Shown here: piece by piece, positions 12,814 through 25,269 of the stretch
Numbering within the stretch: position 1 is the stretch's first letter
How the letters are laid out: each line of letters begins with the position of its first letter
Source of the DNA: Chiloscyllium plagiosum
Taxonomy: Eukaryota
Reading direction: 5' to 3'
Length of the DNA: 64,000 nucleotides
Assembly: GCF_004010195.1 (NCBI RefSeq)
Contig: NC_057728.1
Coordinates: 40,364,231-40,428,230, forward strand
Translations under genes and position numbers: made by a program
Notes under the pieces: generated by a model
Seen by the model: only the letters and a program-made list of their open reading frames with translations
Told to the model about the DNA's origin: nothing
The model's database searches: none

Positions 12814-13526
12814 TATTATGAAGATGTGGGTGTACTGTGCCTTTAAGAGAGTTAAAAGCTCGCAGTGACAGCATCAAATGTTCTCAATAAGACACAATAT
12901 AACATGTGGTTGATCTACTGGGGTAGCTAGGGTAGCTGGTTGCTGGGAGAGAGAAACAGATTTGAATTAAGCCAATAAATTTAAATTATACACCCCCAAA
13001 AAAAAACTTCAATCAAGTTTTAATTTAGTATATTGACAATCTTAAAAGCCAATGACACAATCTGATGCTTTGGGGGTAAAAGACCAGAGAAAGTTGAACA
13101 GTTGAGTGGAGAACTGCCAAGCCAATGACATTTGCAAACTGCCCAGAGAATAGCTCTCTTAAAGGTATCCTTATCGATCAGTAACCTATAAAGCAGAACC
13201 CCCAAGAAGAAGGCAAGAAGACCGGAATACAGAGAAGAACTGAAAGCTGCCTGGTTTTGTCATAAGAGGTTTTACTTTGTAAATCTTAATCAGGGGTTTT
13301 ATCAGACTAGTATTGTAGAAGGTGAAGGTAAAAGATAGGTTGGAGGAAGAAATTGTAAATAGTTTTTAGTTAATTATTCTCTGTTATATGTTAAGAAATA
13401 AAGTTATTAATTTTTACTTTAAATAGTTCTTGGCCTCATGAATTTTCACAGATTACTGCACGGGATAAATCTTTTCTGTGTTGCTGTTTAAATTAAGCTG
13501 GAGGGTTTACCTCCCGTGTCATAACA
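12814..13526 (+). repeat. 3' LTR (713 bp)
   Basis: Direct repeat of 7041-7665; begins tattatgaag (TG mutated to TA) and ends tcataaca. Confidence 0.95.
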
Positions 13527-13737
13527 TAGCTAAGAGGGTTTCCAAATATACAGTTCAAGGAATGGACTAGAGGGAGGAGTCCATTACAAATATCTCTATT
13601 ACAGGACAAAAACTCAAATGCTATTCAGAGCACCTGAGAGATTGTGACTGTCCAAGAAGTATCCAAGACAACAAGGCTCCCCAAAAAAGGGGCATTGGCA
13701 GTTTCTATAAATTAACTTCGGTGTATGAACTTTTAAA

Positions 13738-14692
13738 AAACAAAGAAGAACAAAAAAATTTACAGCCCAGGAACAGGCCCTTCGGCCCTCCAAGCCTGAG
13801 CCTATCCAAATGTACTGTCTAAACCTGTTGATCAATTCCTAAGCATTTGTATCCCTTTGCTCCCCACCTACTCACACATCTATCCAGACGCATCTTAAAT
13901 GAATCTACTGTGCTTGCCTCTACCACCTCTGCTGGCAACGTGTTCCAAACGCCCACCACCCTCTGTGTAAAGTACTTGCCACGTGTATCCCCCTTAAACT
14001 TTCCACCTCTCACCTTGAAAGCATGATCTCTCGTTGTTGAATTCTTCATCCTGGGAAAAAGCTTGTCTCTAACCACCCTATCTATACCCTTCATGATTTT
14101 GTAAACCTCAATCAGGTCCCCCCTCAATCTCCTTTTTTTCTAGTGAAAATAAACCTAACCTAGTCAACCTCTCTTCATAGCTAGCACCTTCCATACCAGG
14201 CAACATCCTCATAAACCTTCTCTGCACCCTCTCCAAAGCGTCCACATCCTTTTGGTAATGTGGCAACCAGAACTGTACACAGTATTCTAAATGCGGCCAA
14301 ATCAATGTCTTGTATAAATTTAACATGACCTGCCAGCTCTTATACTCAATACCCCGTCCGATGAAGGCAAGCATACTATATGCCTTCTTGACCACTCTAT
14401 TCACCTGTGCAGCAACCTTCAGGGTACAATGGACCTGCACTCCCAGATCTCTCTGCCCATCAACTTTTCCCAAGGCTCTTCCATTCATTGTATAATTCGC
14501 TCTAGAATTAGACTTGCCTAAATGCATCACCTCACACGTGTCTGGATTGAAAGCCATCTGCCACTTTTCCGCCCTACTCTCCAGTCTACCTATATCCTCC
14601 TGTATTCTCTGACAGTCCCTTATGCTTTCTGCTACTCCACCAATCTTTGTGTCATCTGCAAACTTGCTGATCATACCAACAGTGCCCTCTTC
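13738..14692 (-). mobile_element. CR1/HER1-type LINE 3' fragment, relatively young
   Basis: 188-aa ORF ISKFADDTKIGG...HLEYCVQFW...LERVQRRF, followed by RGDLIEVYKI...WNTLP. Confidence 0.95.
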
Positions 14693-15602
14693 TTTAAAGG
14701 ATACATTTTCAGTGTCATATGTTCTCTACATGGAAATCCACACAATTAACTGAATTTGTTTTCCAGGTTCCAATGAGAAAGTAATAAACAAAGAAGGCCA
14801 CCTAAATATATTGTTAATAACCTAATGGTGAGATGCTGCTTGACCAATTTGTCAAAGGCCTTCAGGGGTGACCAGGAATGATTCAGTGGCATCAAATTTC
14901 ACAGTGTTATTATGGATAATGTGTTCAACCAGTAGGATCTTAAATTCCCAGCAATCTCTCGGATGGGTTGGGGTAGGACAACAGTGAGAGAGTGCAACCT
15001 TCCGAGGCATTAATCGGCAGAGAAATACTTACAAGACTTTTTTTCTAAAACCCATGCAGTGGGTATAAATGTGTTAGAAAGACATGCCCTTTATGATGCC
15101 TGATTATAAGTTCCTCTGATTTAGCATCTCCCATTGATTCATATTCCTCCTCTTCATATCAGAGATGTAGAAGGTTCCCCCTTGAGAAATCCATTTTTCC
15201 CAATCTAAGATGCAAAAGTACTTCAGTGTTTTGTATAGCTCCAAATTACAATATTTTTTTAAAAAATGGGTCTCTGGGAAGTTGTCAGGAAGCTTAGTGA
15301 TTTCATCCAAGATGGACTCTGGTATAATGGCCTTGTTCAGGAACCTCACAAAACATCACTAACCCTCCTACATCCACCATTGACACAAGCTCACAAGCTG
15401 GGGGAACCCATCCATGCCCACTCCGTAACGACATGTTCAATCCACTCATTGCCTTCCATGTGTCTCAGAATCCCATGTGAAGAAAGCCTCCCCATGAGCT
15501 GAGCCCTTGGATCTGACATTTGGAACATGGGAAGTCACTAACCAAATTCCTGTGACAAGCTCCAACAGGTTTGGAGGAGAGTGGTCCTTGCTAAACAGGT
15601 TC

Positions 15603-16009
15603 AGATTAGATTAGATTCCCTATAGTGTGGAAACAGGCCCTTCAGCCCAACAAGTCCACACCGACCCTCTGAAGAGTAACCCACCCGGATTCATTTCTCT
15701 CTGACTAATGCACCTAACACTATAGGCAATTTAGTATGGCCAATTCATCTGATCTACACATCTTTGGACTATGGGAGGAAACTGGAGCACCCGGAGGAAA
15801 CCCATACAGACACAGGGAAAATGTGCAAGCTCCACACACAGTCGCCTGAGGCTAGAGTTGAACCTGGGACCTGGGTGCTGTGAGGCAGCAGTGCTAACCA
15901 CTGAGCCACCGTGCCGCCGCTCCACACACAGTCGCCCGAGGCTAGAGTTGAACCTGGGACCTGGGTTCTGTGAGGCAGAAGTGCTAACCACTGAGCCACC
16001 GTGCCGCCC
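15603..16009 (-). mobile_element. HE1-type SINE with a tandemly duplicated 90-bp tRNA-related head
   Basis: Units 15829-15918 and 15919-16008; (agatt)n tail at 15603. Confidence 0.92.
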
Positions 16010-17002
16010 AACAAACCAGGGCTCCTGCAGAGCTAACCTCCACTGCAAGCAATCCAAATCCCTTAGGCAGGATTGTGGAAAGATACAAACTTTGCTGCAC
16101 ATTACCAGACAGTGTCCCCTCTACAGAATAAGTGGCAGACTAACCAAATTAAATTTAGAAATAGCTTAGGCTATTATCTGGTTTCAGGGATTGCATTCAC
16201 TAAACAATAAATAAAAGAATCGCAGTCACTTATACAGGCACTTATCAGTTTATTATATTTAATGACATTGCTTTGAGCCATTTGACCATTCATATGAGGT
16301 GTGGTGGACATAGGAATCGTGGTTACAAAGACTGGAGAGGGTTTTGAAAGCCATTTCCTGTGGAAGGATTGAATTGGTCAGTAGTAGCAACAGATTCTAT
16401 GCAAGGTTGTACCTCAAAACCACTTAAAATGGGCAGAATTCCAAAGGAAACTCCAACTCCATGTCATCACTTGAACTGTTGTCTTTTGTCTATACAAGTT
16501 TAAAACTACAATTAACCAACTGTGGCAGAAACAAGTTTGCGGCAGCTTTAATTGGTTCTACGAATTCTGGTTTCCTGAGCAGCCCCAAATAAATTTACCA
16601 GATATTTACACTCCTTCGTAATCAAGCGATACACTGCTTAATCCATTGTAAACAGTGTATGTAGAAGCCTCTGTTCTCCTGAATTAGGGTTGACCAACCA
16701 TCTCTGGACCATATCTGTAATATCTACACTAAGATCTCAGATTGAGTTTTCGCTTATCTTAAAGTTGAATCTGTAAAGCCAAGATGCAAATACAAAAGGG
16801 TTTCCTCAAATTTGTTAATTTGTTTATCCCTTTGAAGTAACTTGTAAGCCACCTGCTGGTCACAACACAGAGACGTACAGTAAATGTACAAAAAGGTCTT
16901 GAGAAATCTATGGAATGTGAATCATGTTCTTATGAAAAGAAACTGTACAGCAATTTATTGTACTCAAATGTGATCAACACCAGACCACTTAACACACTGG
17001 TG

Positions 17003-17192
17003 AAACACATCTGCATCTGTGGAGGAAGAAACAGAGTTAATGTTGTGTGTTTGAAATGATTTCTGAAGAAGAATCACACCAGACTCAAAACTTTATCTTT
17101 GTTTTCTTTCCACAGATGCTGCCAGACTTAGTGTGTTTCTCCAGAATTTTCAGTGTTTGTTTCAGATTTCCAACATCTACAGTATTTTATTT
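17003..17192 (+). mobile_element. Old Penelope-type terminal-repeat fragment with inverted 5' part and decayed hammerhead motif
   Basis: gcatctgtgga...aaac is inverted against gtttt...tccacagatgc; ctgaaga-a-gaatc...gactc-aaaac at 17063-17091. Confidence 0.55.
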
Positions 17193-17947
17193 AACAGACA
17201 CACACCATCCAGTATAGCAACAGCATAAAACTCACATTTAAATAAACCTGACAGATACTGTGCTTTATGTTACCATGTCAGGCCTGTTTTTCTTTTACCA
17301 CTCCAAATGTTTAAAATGTAACGTTTAATAAGCCATCTTTTTTCATTTCCTGCAGCATTTACCTAACAGGACTGCATTGCCGAAAAATAACACATTTTGT
17401 TGAAATGCTTTGTCTTGCGTTTATCTGAAAATTCACAAGAAATACGACTGTAATGGGAACCTGTATATTGTTTGTATCAGAGGAGAGTGCTGATTGTTTA
17501 GCAAGTGATTCTGATTGGCAGAGATTTTACCATGGAAAATGCCCAAGTTACATAATGACTGGCACTAAACAACTAAGCTATGCTTTAATTTTAAATGTGT
17601 TATGAGAAAGAGGTATGAAGGGCCATTAGGAGTGGATGGATAGAGGGAATGGGCAGGCAAGATTGGCACTAAGTTAACATAGGGGCTGTAAAGGGTTGAA
17701 TTGGGGTCATGTTGGCACGAAGGGCTAAGTGGGGCATTGGATTGGCATGGGTAAGATGTCTTTAAAGTTATCTTTAAAGTTCCCATATTCAGAATTCTCT
17801 GATTGGCTGTGAACTGCAATTCCTTGAGAATATGGCATGACTCTATGAGAAAATCATGGAAGGCTGTGAGATACCTGTTCCCACAATGAATCTGGACAGA
17901 TCAGGAAAATATGGTGTGGGAGCACACCTTTCTTCCACCCTGGTGAA

Positions 17948-18026
17948 AATTGGGGTTGCTGGTCATGTGGATGAGAGTTCCAGAATTGGGGTTGCTGGTC
18001 ATGTGGATGAGAGTTCCAGAATTGGG
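17948..18026. repeat. Perfect 36-bp tandem duplication (~2.2 copies)
   Basis: aattggggttgctggtcatgtggatgagagttccag at 17948 and 17984. Confidence 0.95.
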
Positions 18027-20354
18027 TTCTGTTCAGCATTTTGAAAGGTTTGTGAAGTCTTCCTAATTCTGCAAAACTCCAGCAGCTCATTGGACCTCCA
18101 TCACATTTACTCAGCATACAAATTTATAAGAACAAATAAACCCTATTGTAACAATAATGATGTGCAGAAAAGCTTAACAAACAGCCATTCATAACTTTCT
18201 GAAAAAAATTGTTACTACAACCCTATAATAGTGTCAAATAACTAGAACTGTAATAGATTAAAGCAGCAACTGTAAGCAGTTGACACCTCTATACCATGTG
18301 TGAACAAATATTGAACTATTGGCAAGATATATCTAAGTTAAAACAACACTATCGATCAAATGATGTATTTTTCAAAAACTGCTGAAAATACTCATCAAGC
18401 AAGCCAGCATTTGTGTAATGAGTTAATAGCTTGGATATTCTGAGAATGGCAATGACAGTCAGAGTGTCACTCCGCTGTTGTTTCTTTTGTCTACATGAGA
18501 CCGTCAATGATGATTTTTTAAAAATTGAGAAATGAGCTTCAGAGGTCTTGCTGCAATTCTGATGCTCACTCCTTCCTTCAGAAGCATACTTGAAATTACA
18601 CACTTTCCATATAAAACACACACTTTCTATATCTTGCAGGATACACACTCTCACTTTTATGGCAGTCTGTCATGTTCTGCACTTTAAATATCAACACAGC
18701 TGGCCAATGACACCTCTTCTGAAAGGGTGAGTGTGTAAGATGTGAGATGAGAGGGGCAGTTGGTTAAGGAGTTAGGACTCAAGGTGGGCTGGTGCTCGAC
18801 AGGTGTTGATTAAATTTGGTTGGTTGCAGGAATTGGAATGTTGTTGGGGGGGGTGGAATATGTGGGAGTGGGCTGGAGGGGATTTTTCCTGAATAACTGT
18901 TAGTTTAACTGAAACAGAATCCTCAGAATTCCCCAACTTTTTTTTTGGAGGGTTTGAGATACAGTGGAATTGTGCACTTTTCTAATCAAACCCATTGCAA
19001 GTCTGAGGAATCTTATCTTTCAACAAGGTACTTGACTGTCTTCCAGGCTCAATGGCAACTCTCAACAGTTTCAGATCCTAACCTCATGTTCCCATTTCAA
19101 CCTCGGTAGGTTCACCTTTTGTCTCTTCTTTAATTACCACCTTCTTTCTTGCATCATTCTCCGACTTTAATTAATTTCTCTGTCTTCTATTTTATTACAA
19201 ACCTTCCACCTTTTCCCTCTTGCCCAACATCCCTTGCTTAAAATTTATTACATTTCTAACATTTTCAGTTCCGTTGAAACATCATGAATCTGCAATAATA
19301 ATGATGCTATTCTCTCCACTCTGTGAGACCCACTGAGTACTTCCAGTATTTTATGATTTTACTTCAGATTTCTGGCATCTACAGTATTTCTTCTATTTTA
19401 GTGCGCTTGTATTCATGACGTTGATGTCCCATTGCTCCCTTTTTTTGGTTCTCTTATTAATTAAGTTTCAATTATTTTAGATTGCTAATTTCCCCAAAAG
19501 TTAAGTAGCAGATTCACCAGAAGGCCAATTAATAACATTTTAAGGATTGACCTCATCACAACTCAAGAAATGTTTGTGAACTCTCTTCCCTACTACATGT
19601 ATCATCAGTGCCACCTAGTGTCAGAACTCATACTTTACAAACAAAAAACAGTGTTGCTATGTTGCTATTTTATGTTGCTACATGTAAAATCAAAATCTGC
19701 TAAATGTAAAACCAAAATAGTTTTCATCCCAACCAAAAATTTTAAAGTTTAATAAATCATAGTTCCCCTGTAAGGCAGGAAAGGGGTTACATGGCTTGAG
19801 TTTTACACTGCTCAGTGGTCAGGGGCAGTCCAACCAGAGCATGTCCAGAGAAACAGTTCCCACCTTGGACTTCCAAAGTGTCCGATAATGAATCTTTGAA
19901 CCAACTAATGGCTTCCTGGCAAGAACCTGGCTAACAGCAGCAAACAATGGGGGCATCACCATAACCAATTTGACAGGAAATGTGGTAGGTCCAGAGAAAA
20001 GGGGGAAGGCTTTGAACCAGAAGCCAGTCACTGTCACCTATTTAAGGGCATCCTTCAGTGGAAATAGTCTTTGGGAAGTAGGCGTTTTTGTTATCAAACC
20101 TGTTAAATCCATTCATTATTTCAACATCAGCAGATAAGGTCTTGATTTCCAATGTTGATGACTGTTATGCAATAGTGAACTATTCAGGACTCTTGTCAGA
20201 AAGAAATGAACATTTGAATGTAGCTGATGTATTACCATTATGAACAGTAAGTATTTAGGACAAATCTCAAAATCAACCTTTAAATTATCATTGTTTTTCC
20301 ACAGATGGAGGAGAGAATGATGCCACAGATGCAGAAAGATCCTGACCAAGGATG

Positions 20355-20536
20355 AGGCTATGAATGATGCTGCTATTTGGGTAACTCTTGTAGGCTGTTA
20401 GTGATTAGCAGGACCTCCTCATGCAAAGGAGAAGGAGGCCTCCCAGGCAGACTAAAGCAGCCTGATGGAGGTCCAAGAGGAGATCAGCAACTGTAGGGGT
20501 CATCCAAAGAACCATAAAAAAAGTTCAATGAGCTCG
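20355..20536 (+). mobile_element. Remnant of a PIF/Harbinger Myb/SANT-like ORF
   Basis: Reading across frameshifts gives NDAAIWV..., RRPP, TKAA, EEISNC, GVIQRT and KKFNEL, matching the Myb/SANT-like (NAIF1/MSANTD-type) pattern. Confidence 0.55.
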
Positions 20537-20789
20537 ACATCTGAGTATCTTAGAGATAGACAAAGAATCCGAGAGATGCATAGGCACGTCAGCATAAAAT
20601 GGCTGAGATCACATCAAAGAAGATAACTTACTCTGTTTTGTCCACAGATAATCCTTATAATGTTGCAAATTAATTGAGAAGGTTTTTCTTAACCCATTTG
20701 AAACCAGTGAATTTAGAATGCATGAGATTCTGCAGCAGGCTTCACTTTGTGACATTAGAAGGTTCTTTTGTTAGGTCAACAAGTGAAAG

Positions 20790-21260
20790 GTATAGGAGCA
20801 ATTTCAGAAGGCAGTTCAGAAAAGGTTCACTAGGATGTTTCCCAGTTTAGAGGGATTTTGGGACTCATTAGAATTTGGAATAATGAGAGGTAATCTCCTT
20901 GAAACATATCAGGGCTTGGCAGGGAAAATGCTGAGAGGATATTACCCCTCATGGAAGAGTCTAGGACCAGAAAACATGGTCTCAAAATAGAAGAATGCCA
21001 ATTTAAAATGAGATGTGCAGTAAATACTTCTCTCAGAGGGTTGAGTCTTTGGAACCCCTTGTCACGGGGAGCTGTGGGCAGAGTCCTTGTGTATACTGAA
21101 GGCTAAGACAGATTCTTGATCAGTAGGGGAATCAAGAGCTCTCAGGAAAGGGCAGGAAAATTGAGGTGAGGAATCTCAACTCAGCAATGAACCTATTGAA
21201 TGGTAGAGCAGACTAAAGGGGCCAAGTGGCCTACTCCTGATCCTATTTCATATAATCTTA
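20790..21260 (+). mobile_element. CR1-type LINE 3' fragment, degenerate
   Basis: cagaaaaggttcactagg, atgagaggtaatctc, ttctctcagagggttg and a CR1 3' UTR (gaatggtagagcag...ggcctactcct). Confidence 0.85.
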
Positions 21261-21299
21261 ATAAATCAGTGGATGGCATTCTTCTGACCTTAGTCCTAT

Positions 21300-22258
21300 T
21301 GATCCAACAGTACATGGATAGATTGGACAACCATATTCACACTTCCTTTATTGAATTTCTTCAGCTTTTATTGTCATGCAATTATTCAAGCGTATTGCAA
21401 AATTGAAAAACTATGATATTCTACTATGATAGGATTCTACTTCAGATCAGTAATTTTCTCCACAACAGGATGCAATGTGTGTTAATTTCTGGGATTTACT
21501 CTGAGCTATGTCAAAGAATTATTGAATCTTCTCAGAGCTGTGTACACTTACCTCTGTATTTCATACTCTATATGAATGATTGTCAATCTGAGTATAATAA
21601 TGATCCTGAAATATGCTGACAGTTTGCTAATTGTGGTTCTCATCAAGAATCACGAAATAAACAGTCAAAACTTGGTGGAGAAGTTTGTGAAACAGTATGG
21701 TAACAATCTCTTATTCTGAATGAAAATAAAATGAAAGAATTAATTATTGACTTTAGAGAAAAACAGTTTAATGACACTGCTGCTGTTGAGATTGATGTCA
21801 TGGATATTTAATTAATTACTAACTATGAAGTAGATGAATGGTTACATTTGAGGGAACTAGATATAGATGTGGTGGATAAAAGTCATAATGAGCATGCTAA
21901 CTCAGAAAGTTTAAATCCTTTCAAGTCGGTCATACAATCATGGAATTATTTTACAGAGTTGTAGCTGAGCATGCTGTTAGATGCATTCAGGGAAAATGTT
22001 ATAATTCCTCAGCTGCAGCACGGATCAGTTCCTCAGCTTGTTTGTACCTTTCTCCATGAGATCGCATAGCACAAGTTTGATAAATCGATGGAGAAATGAA
22101 CTCAGGGTTAGACTCAGGAATCATTGTTTTAATGAATTGCAATGGATTTTTAGTATGTATTTTAATGAAAATTGGATCTCTGTGATTGGGTATTTTTTTA
22201 AAAAACTAAATGAGTGATATATCCAAAATGAATGCTCATACAGACAATAAAGTTATCA
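21300..22258 (+). mobile_element. Old Rex1/L2-group LINE RT remnant
   Basis: ISNFLHNRMQCV, SQSCVHLPLYFILYMNDC, (K)YAD and KELIIDFR; ends with caataaagtt. Confidence 0.65.
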
Positions 22259-22479
22259 AATTGAGGTGACCTATGTGGAAAGATGAGAGACTGCGATTTG
22301 GGTCAATTATAGAATTGTTCAATGTCTTGCCCAAGTATATAAAAAAAGTATGATATAGGTATGCCACATGGCATGGCAATGGGCCTTGGGGATGGGGCTT
22401 TTAATCTGCACATTCACTGGACAATTTGGATGGGAAGGGTAACGTGGAATGGGGATTTGTAGAGTGAATCAAGGATTGA

Positions 22480-23415
22480 TCTTTAGAGCAGTACATTGCA
22501 GAACCTACCTGGAAAAAGCTATTTAATCTACTAACGTGTAATGAGACAGGATTAATAAGAGACTTCATAGACAAGGATCCTCTAGGAGGTAGCGATGGTA
22601 GAATTTAAAATTCAGATCAAGGAATGGCAACTTAGGTCTCAAACCAACAATCTCAACTTAAATGGCGGAAATCGTAGAGGTGTGAAGAGAGAGTTATCTA
22701 AAGTGAGCTGGAAAGATAGACGAACGGGAAGGTCAGTGGCAAATATTTAAGCAGATATTTCTGGTCAAAAATAAGAAGTTGATGAGAAGGATGAACCACC
22801 CATGGCTAACAAAGGGAGTGAAGACAAGTTTTCAATCAAAACTAAAGCATACCATGTACCAAAACCAGTGGTAACCCAGAGGATTGGGAATTCTTTTAGA
22901 AACCTGCAGTAGATGACTAAAATCTAATAAAGAACGAAAAATCTGATTATGAAAGTATATCGGCAAGAAGTATAAAGTAAATAAACTGCATGGGTTTCTA
23001 TGGGTATTTAAAAGAAAGAGGGTAGCTAAATTAGGTGTCGGGCCTCGGACAGTGCATCTAGGAGTTAAAATTGGGAAACAGGAAAATAGCAGATACTTGA
23101 AACCCATACTTTCCGCTGGTCACCATGGCAAAGGGTACTCCAAAGAGCCCAAAGATAACAAATAAGCAAGGTACTGATTGGAGGAAAAATCTTATATCAG
23201 TCTCTACAGACGTGATAAATTATTTGACAAACTAATCAGAAAGTATTTCAAGAGGAGGTAGATAAAGTTTTGAAATATTAGGGAGTTGAAGGCAATGAGG
23301 AGCTAATATGAAAGATGAGTTGAGGCCTGAGGCAGATCAGATATGATCATATTGAAAGTTGGGACAGATTTGAGAGGCTGACTGGGCTATTCCTGCTTCT
23401 ACTTCTTATGATCTT
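22480..23415 (+). mobile_element. CR1-type LINE fragments (EN-RT linker and 3' UTR)
   Basis: gatcctctaggaggtagcgat, ccaccatggctaac (PPWL), and a CR1 3' UTR at 23240-23415. Confidence 0.7.
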
Positions 23416-24344
23416 TTATATTAAAATATGACTGTAACACAACATATTCATGGCAATGGCCCATTTTGTTTGCAGGAAAAGGTGACATATAATTCCAGAG
23501 AAATGGCCAGGAATGGAGCTAAAGCTGCAAACCTGGTCAATTGAAGAGAAAGTCCTGGAGATGTCAGCCAATAATTGGAGTTGAGTCATTGGATGAGATA
23601 AGGTTGAAGGAATGTTCCAGGGTGGGGATTTTCCAAAGGGGCACACCTCTCTCCTGCAAACTATTCTGCAGAGGTGGAGTGGTGAGGGTGTTGGAAATTG
23701 GGAAAGCAGGCAGACAGATAAGATTAATGGCACTTAACTTTAAAGGCTTGCTGTATTCAAAGAATAAGGTGTCTTTCAATATTGAAGGCTCTGAGATTCA
23801 AACAGTGCCTACCATTTCCCAAAGAAGACTGGGAATCTTGAGGAAGCCTGGCGTTCTGAAAACACTTCAAATGATGATGTAAGGGGAGGTAAGAGTCAGC
23901 AGCCTGTCACCTGTATAGTCAGCAGTGATTAGGGAGCACCACACTGTATCACCCATAGGGGAATTAAAAATATGGGTTTCACTTGATGATTTTTATTTTA
24001 CCTCATTCTCCTTGTTTTATTTTCCCACAGGACAAACATCAGCAGCTGGAGCTACTTGTCCCAAAAGAAGCATCAGTCATCTGAGGAGAAAGAAGCCTCA
24101 AAGAGTGTACCATCATATCCTTGCCAAGCCTTACACCTGAAACGTTAACTTCTCCACCTCCTGATGCTGCCTGGCTTGCTGTGTTCTTCCAGCCCCTACT
24201 TGTCTACCACACCTATCCATGGTCAGCCACAATCAAATGGTAGAGCAGACTCAATGGGCTGAATGGCCTAATTCTGCTCCTTTTTTTTGGTCTTATGGTC
24301 TAGCACCACTGTTGATACACCTATGTAGTAAGTAAGCACAGCAT

Positions 24345-24471
24345 AGGTGAAAGTGAGGACTGCAGATGCTGGAGATCAGGGTCAAGATTAGAGTGGTGCT
24401 GGAAAAGCACAGCAGTTCAGGTTGCACCCAAGCAGGAAAACCAAAGTTTCAGGCAAAAGCCCTTCATCGGG
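24345..24471 (-). mobile_element. 127-bp Penelope-type mini-element with hammerhead motif and perfect 14-bp TSD
   Basis: TSD agtaagcacagcat at 24331-24344 and 24472-24485; the reverse complement starts cccgatgaagggcttttgcctgaaac. Confidence 0.85.
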
Positions 24472-25269
24472 AGTAAGCACAGCATGTCCTGTAAGAGATA
24501 CAGACGCAGGTTAGAACACAGATTGGCAAAACCAGTTGTCAAATGGAGCAGCCCTCTGGCACTTGGAGGAACGCTGGATGCAACCTTGATTCTGAGCTGC
24601 AGTCTGATAGTGGGTCTCTGGAATCAGCCAGTCAGACGATAGATGCTGAACATATAGTGTGCAGAACATGGAGATGTAGTGGAGATGTGTGGAGATTTGA
24701 AGTGAGTCAGGCATGGACTTGAGGAATCCATCTAGACCACGAGTACTGCAACTCTCTCAACCCCCGCAACCACCACTGCTCTCCCCTGCCTGCTCTACAG
24801 AACACATGGTTTCTTCCATGGGGGAGCTAGTGACTGTCATAGAGGGTGATTCTTCACTGATGGGATACTGTGTATGCTTTCTGACTCGTGCCCAGAGCCA
24901 CAGACAGAGGGACATGAGGTGCTTGGATTTGTAATCAGGTCATGTTCCTCTCAGGAAAGAGGGGAGGGTCAAATATGGTCCTTGCAAAATCTTAGAACAT
25001 GGGCAACAAATTAAATAATATTTTGCTTCTCTGTTGCCAATATGTAGACTATATTAAATCTTTAATATATGAATTCTTCAGAAATAACTTCAGAAAGATA
25101 CAAAATCATAAAATGTACAAGGTTTATCTCAACAATAATTTGTACTGAAGTAATGAGAATATTGATAATTACTAAGCTGCATTATCAATAATGTTGTCCA
25201 ACAAAACCTTTTGTTTATTATGTCAACAATGATGTCAGGGCCTCACAATGGCTGCTGATGGCATTTGAG

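Larger units (their letters stand above)
7041..13526 (+). mobile_element. Full-length degenerate Gmr1-like Ty3/gypsy LTR retrotransposon
   Basis: Paired LTRs with TGTTATGA...TCATAACA termini, a 4-bp TSD tagt/tagc, PBS, PPT, and gag-PR-IN-RT-RH remnants with many stops and frameshifts. Confidence 0.95.

Noticed and set aside
7041..13526. Endogenous retrovirus or Ty1/copia element
   Set aside because: There is no env, and the RT motifs are Ty3/gypsy type despite the tRNA-Pro-like PBS and copia-like domain order.
15769..16014. tRNA genes at SINE heads (also 25502, 32943, 45597)
   Set aside because: These are tRNA-derived SINE heads continuing into HE1 bodies; there is no complete cloverleaf gene.
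17948..18026. CRISPR-like 36-bp repeat
   Set aside because: The units are directly adjacent with no spacers, there are no cas genes, and the context is eukaryotic.
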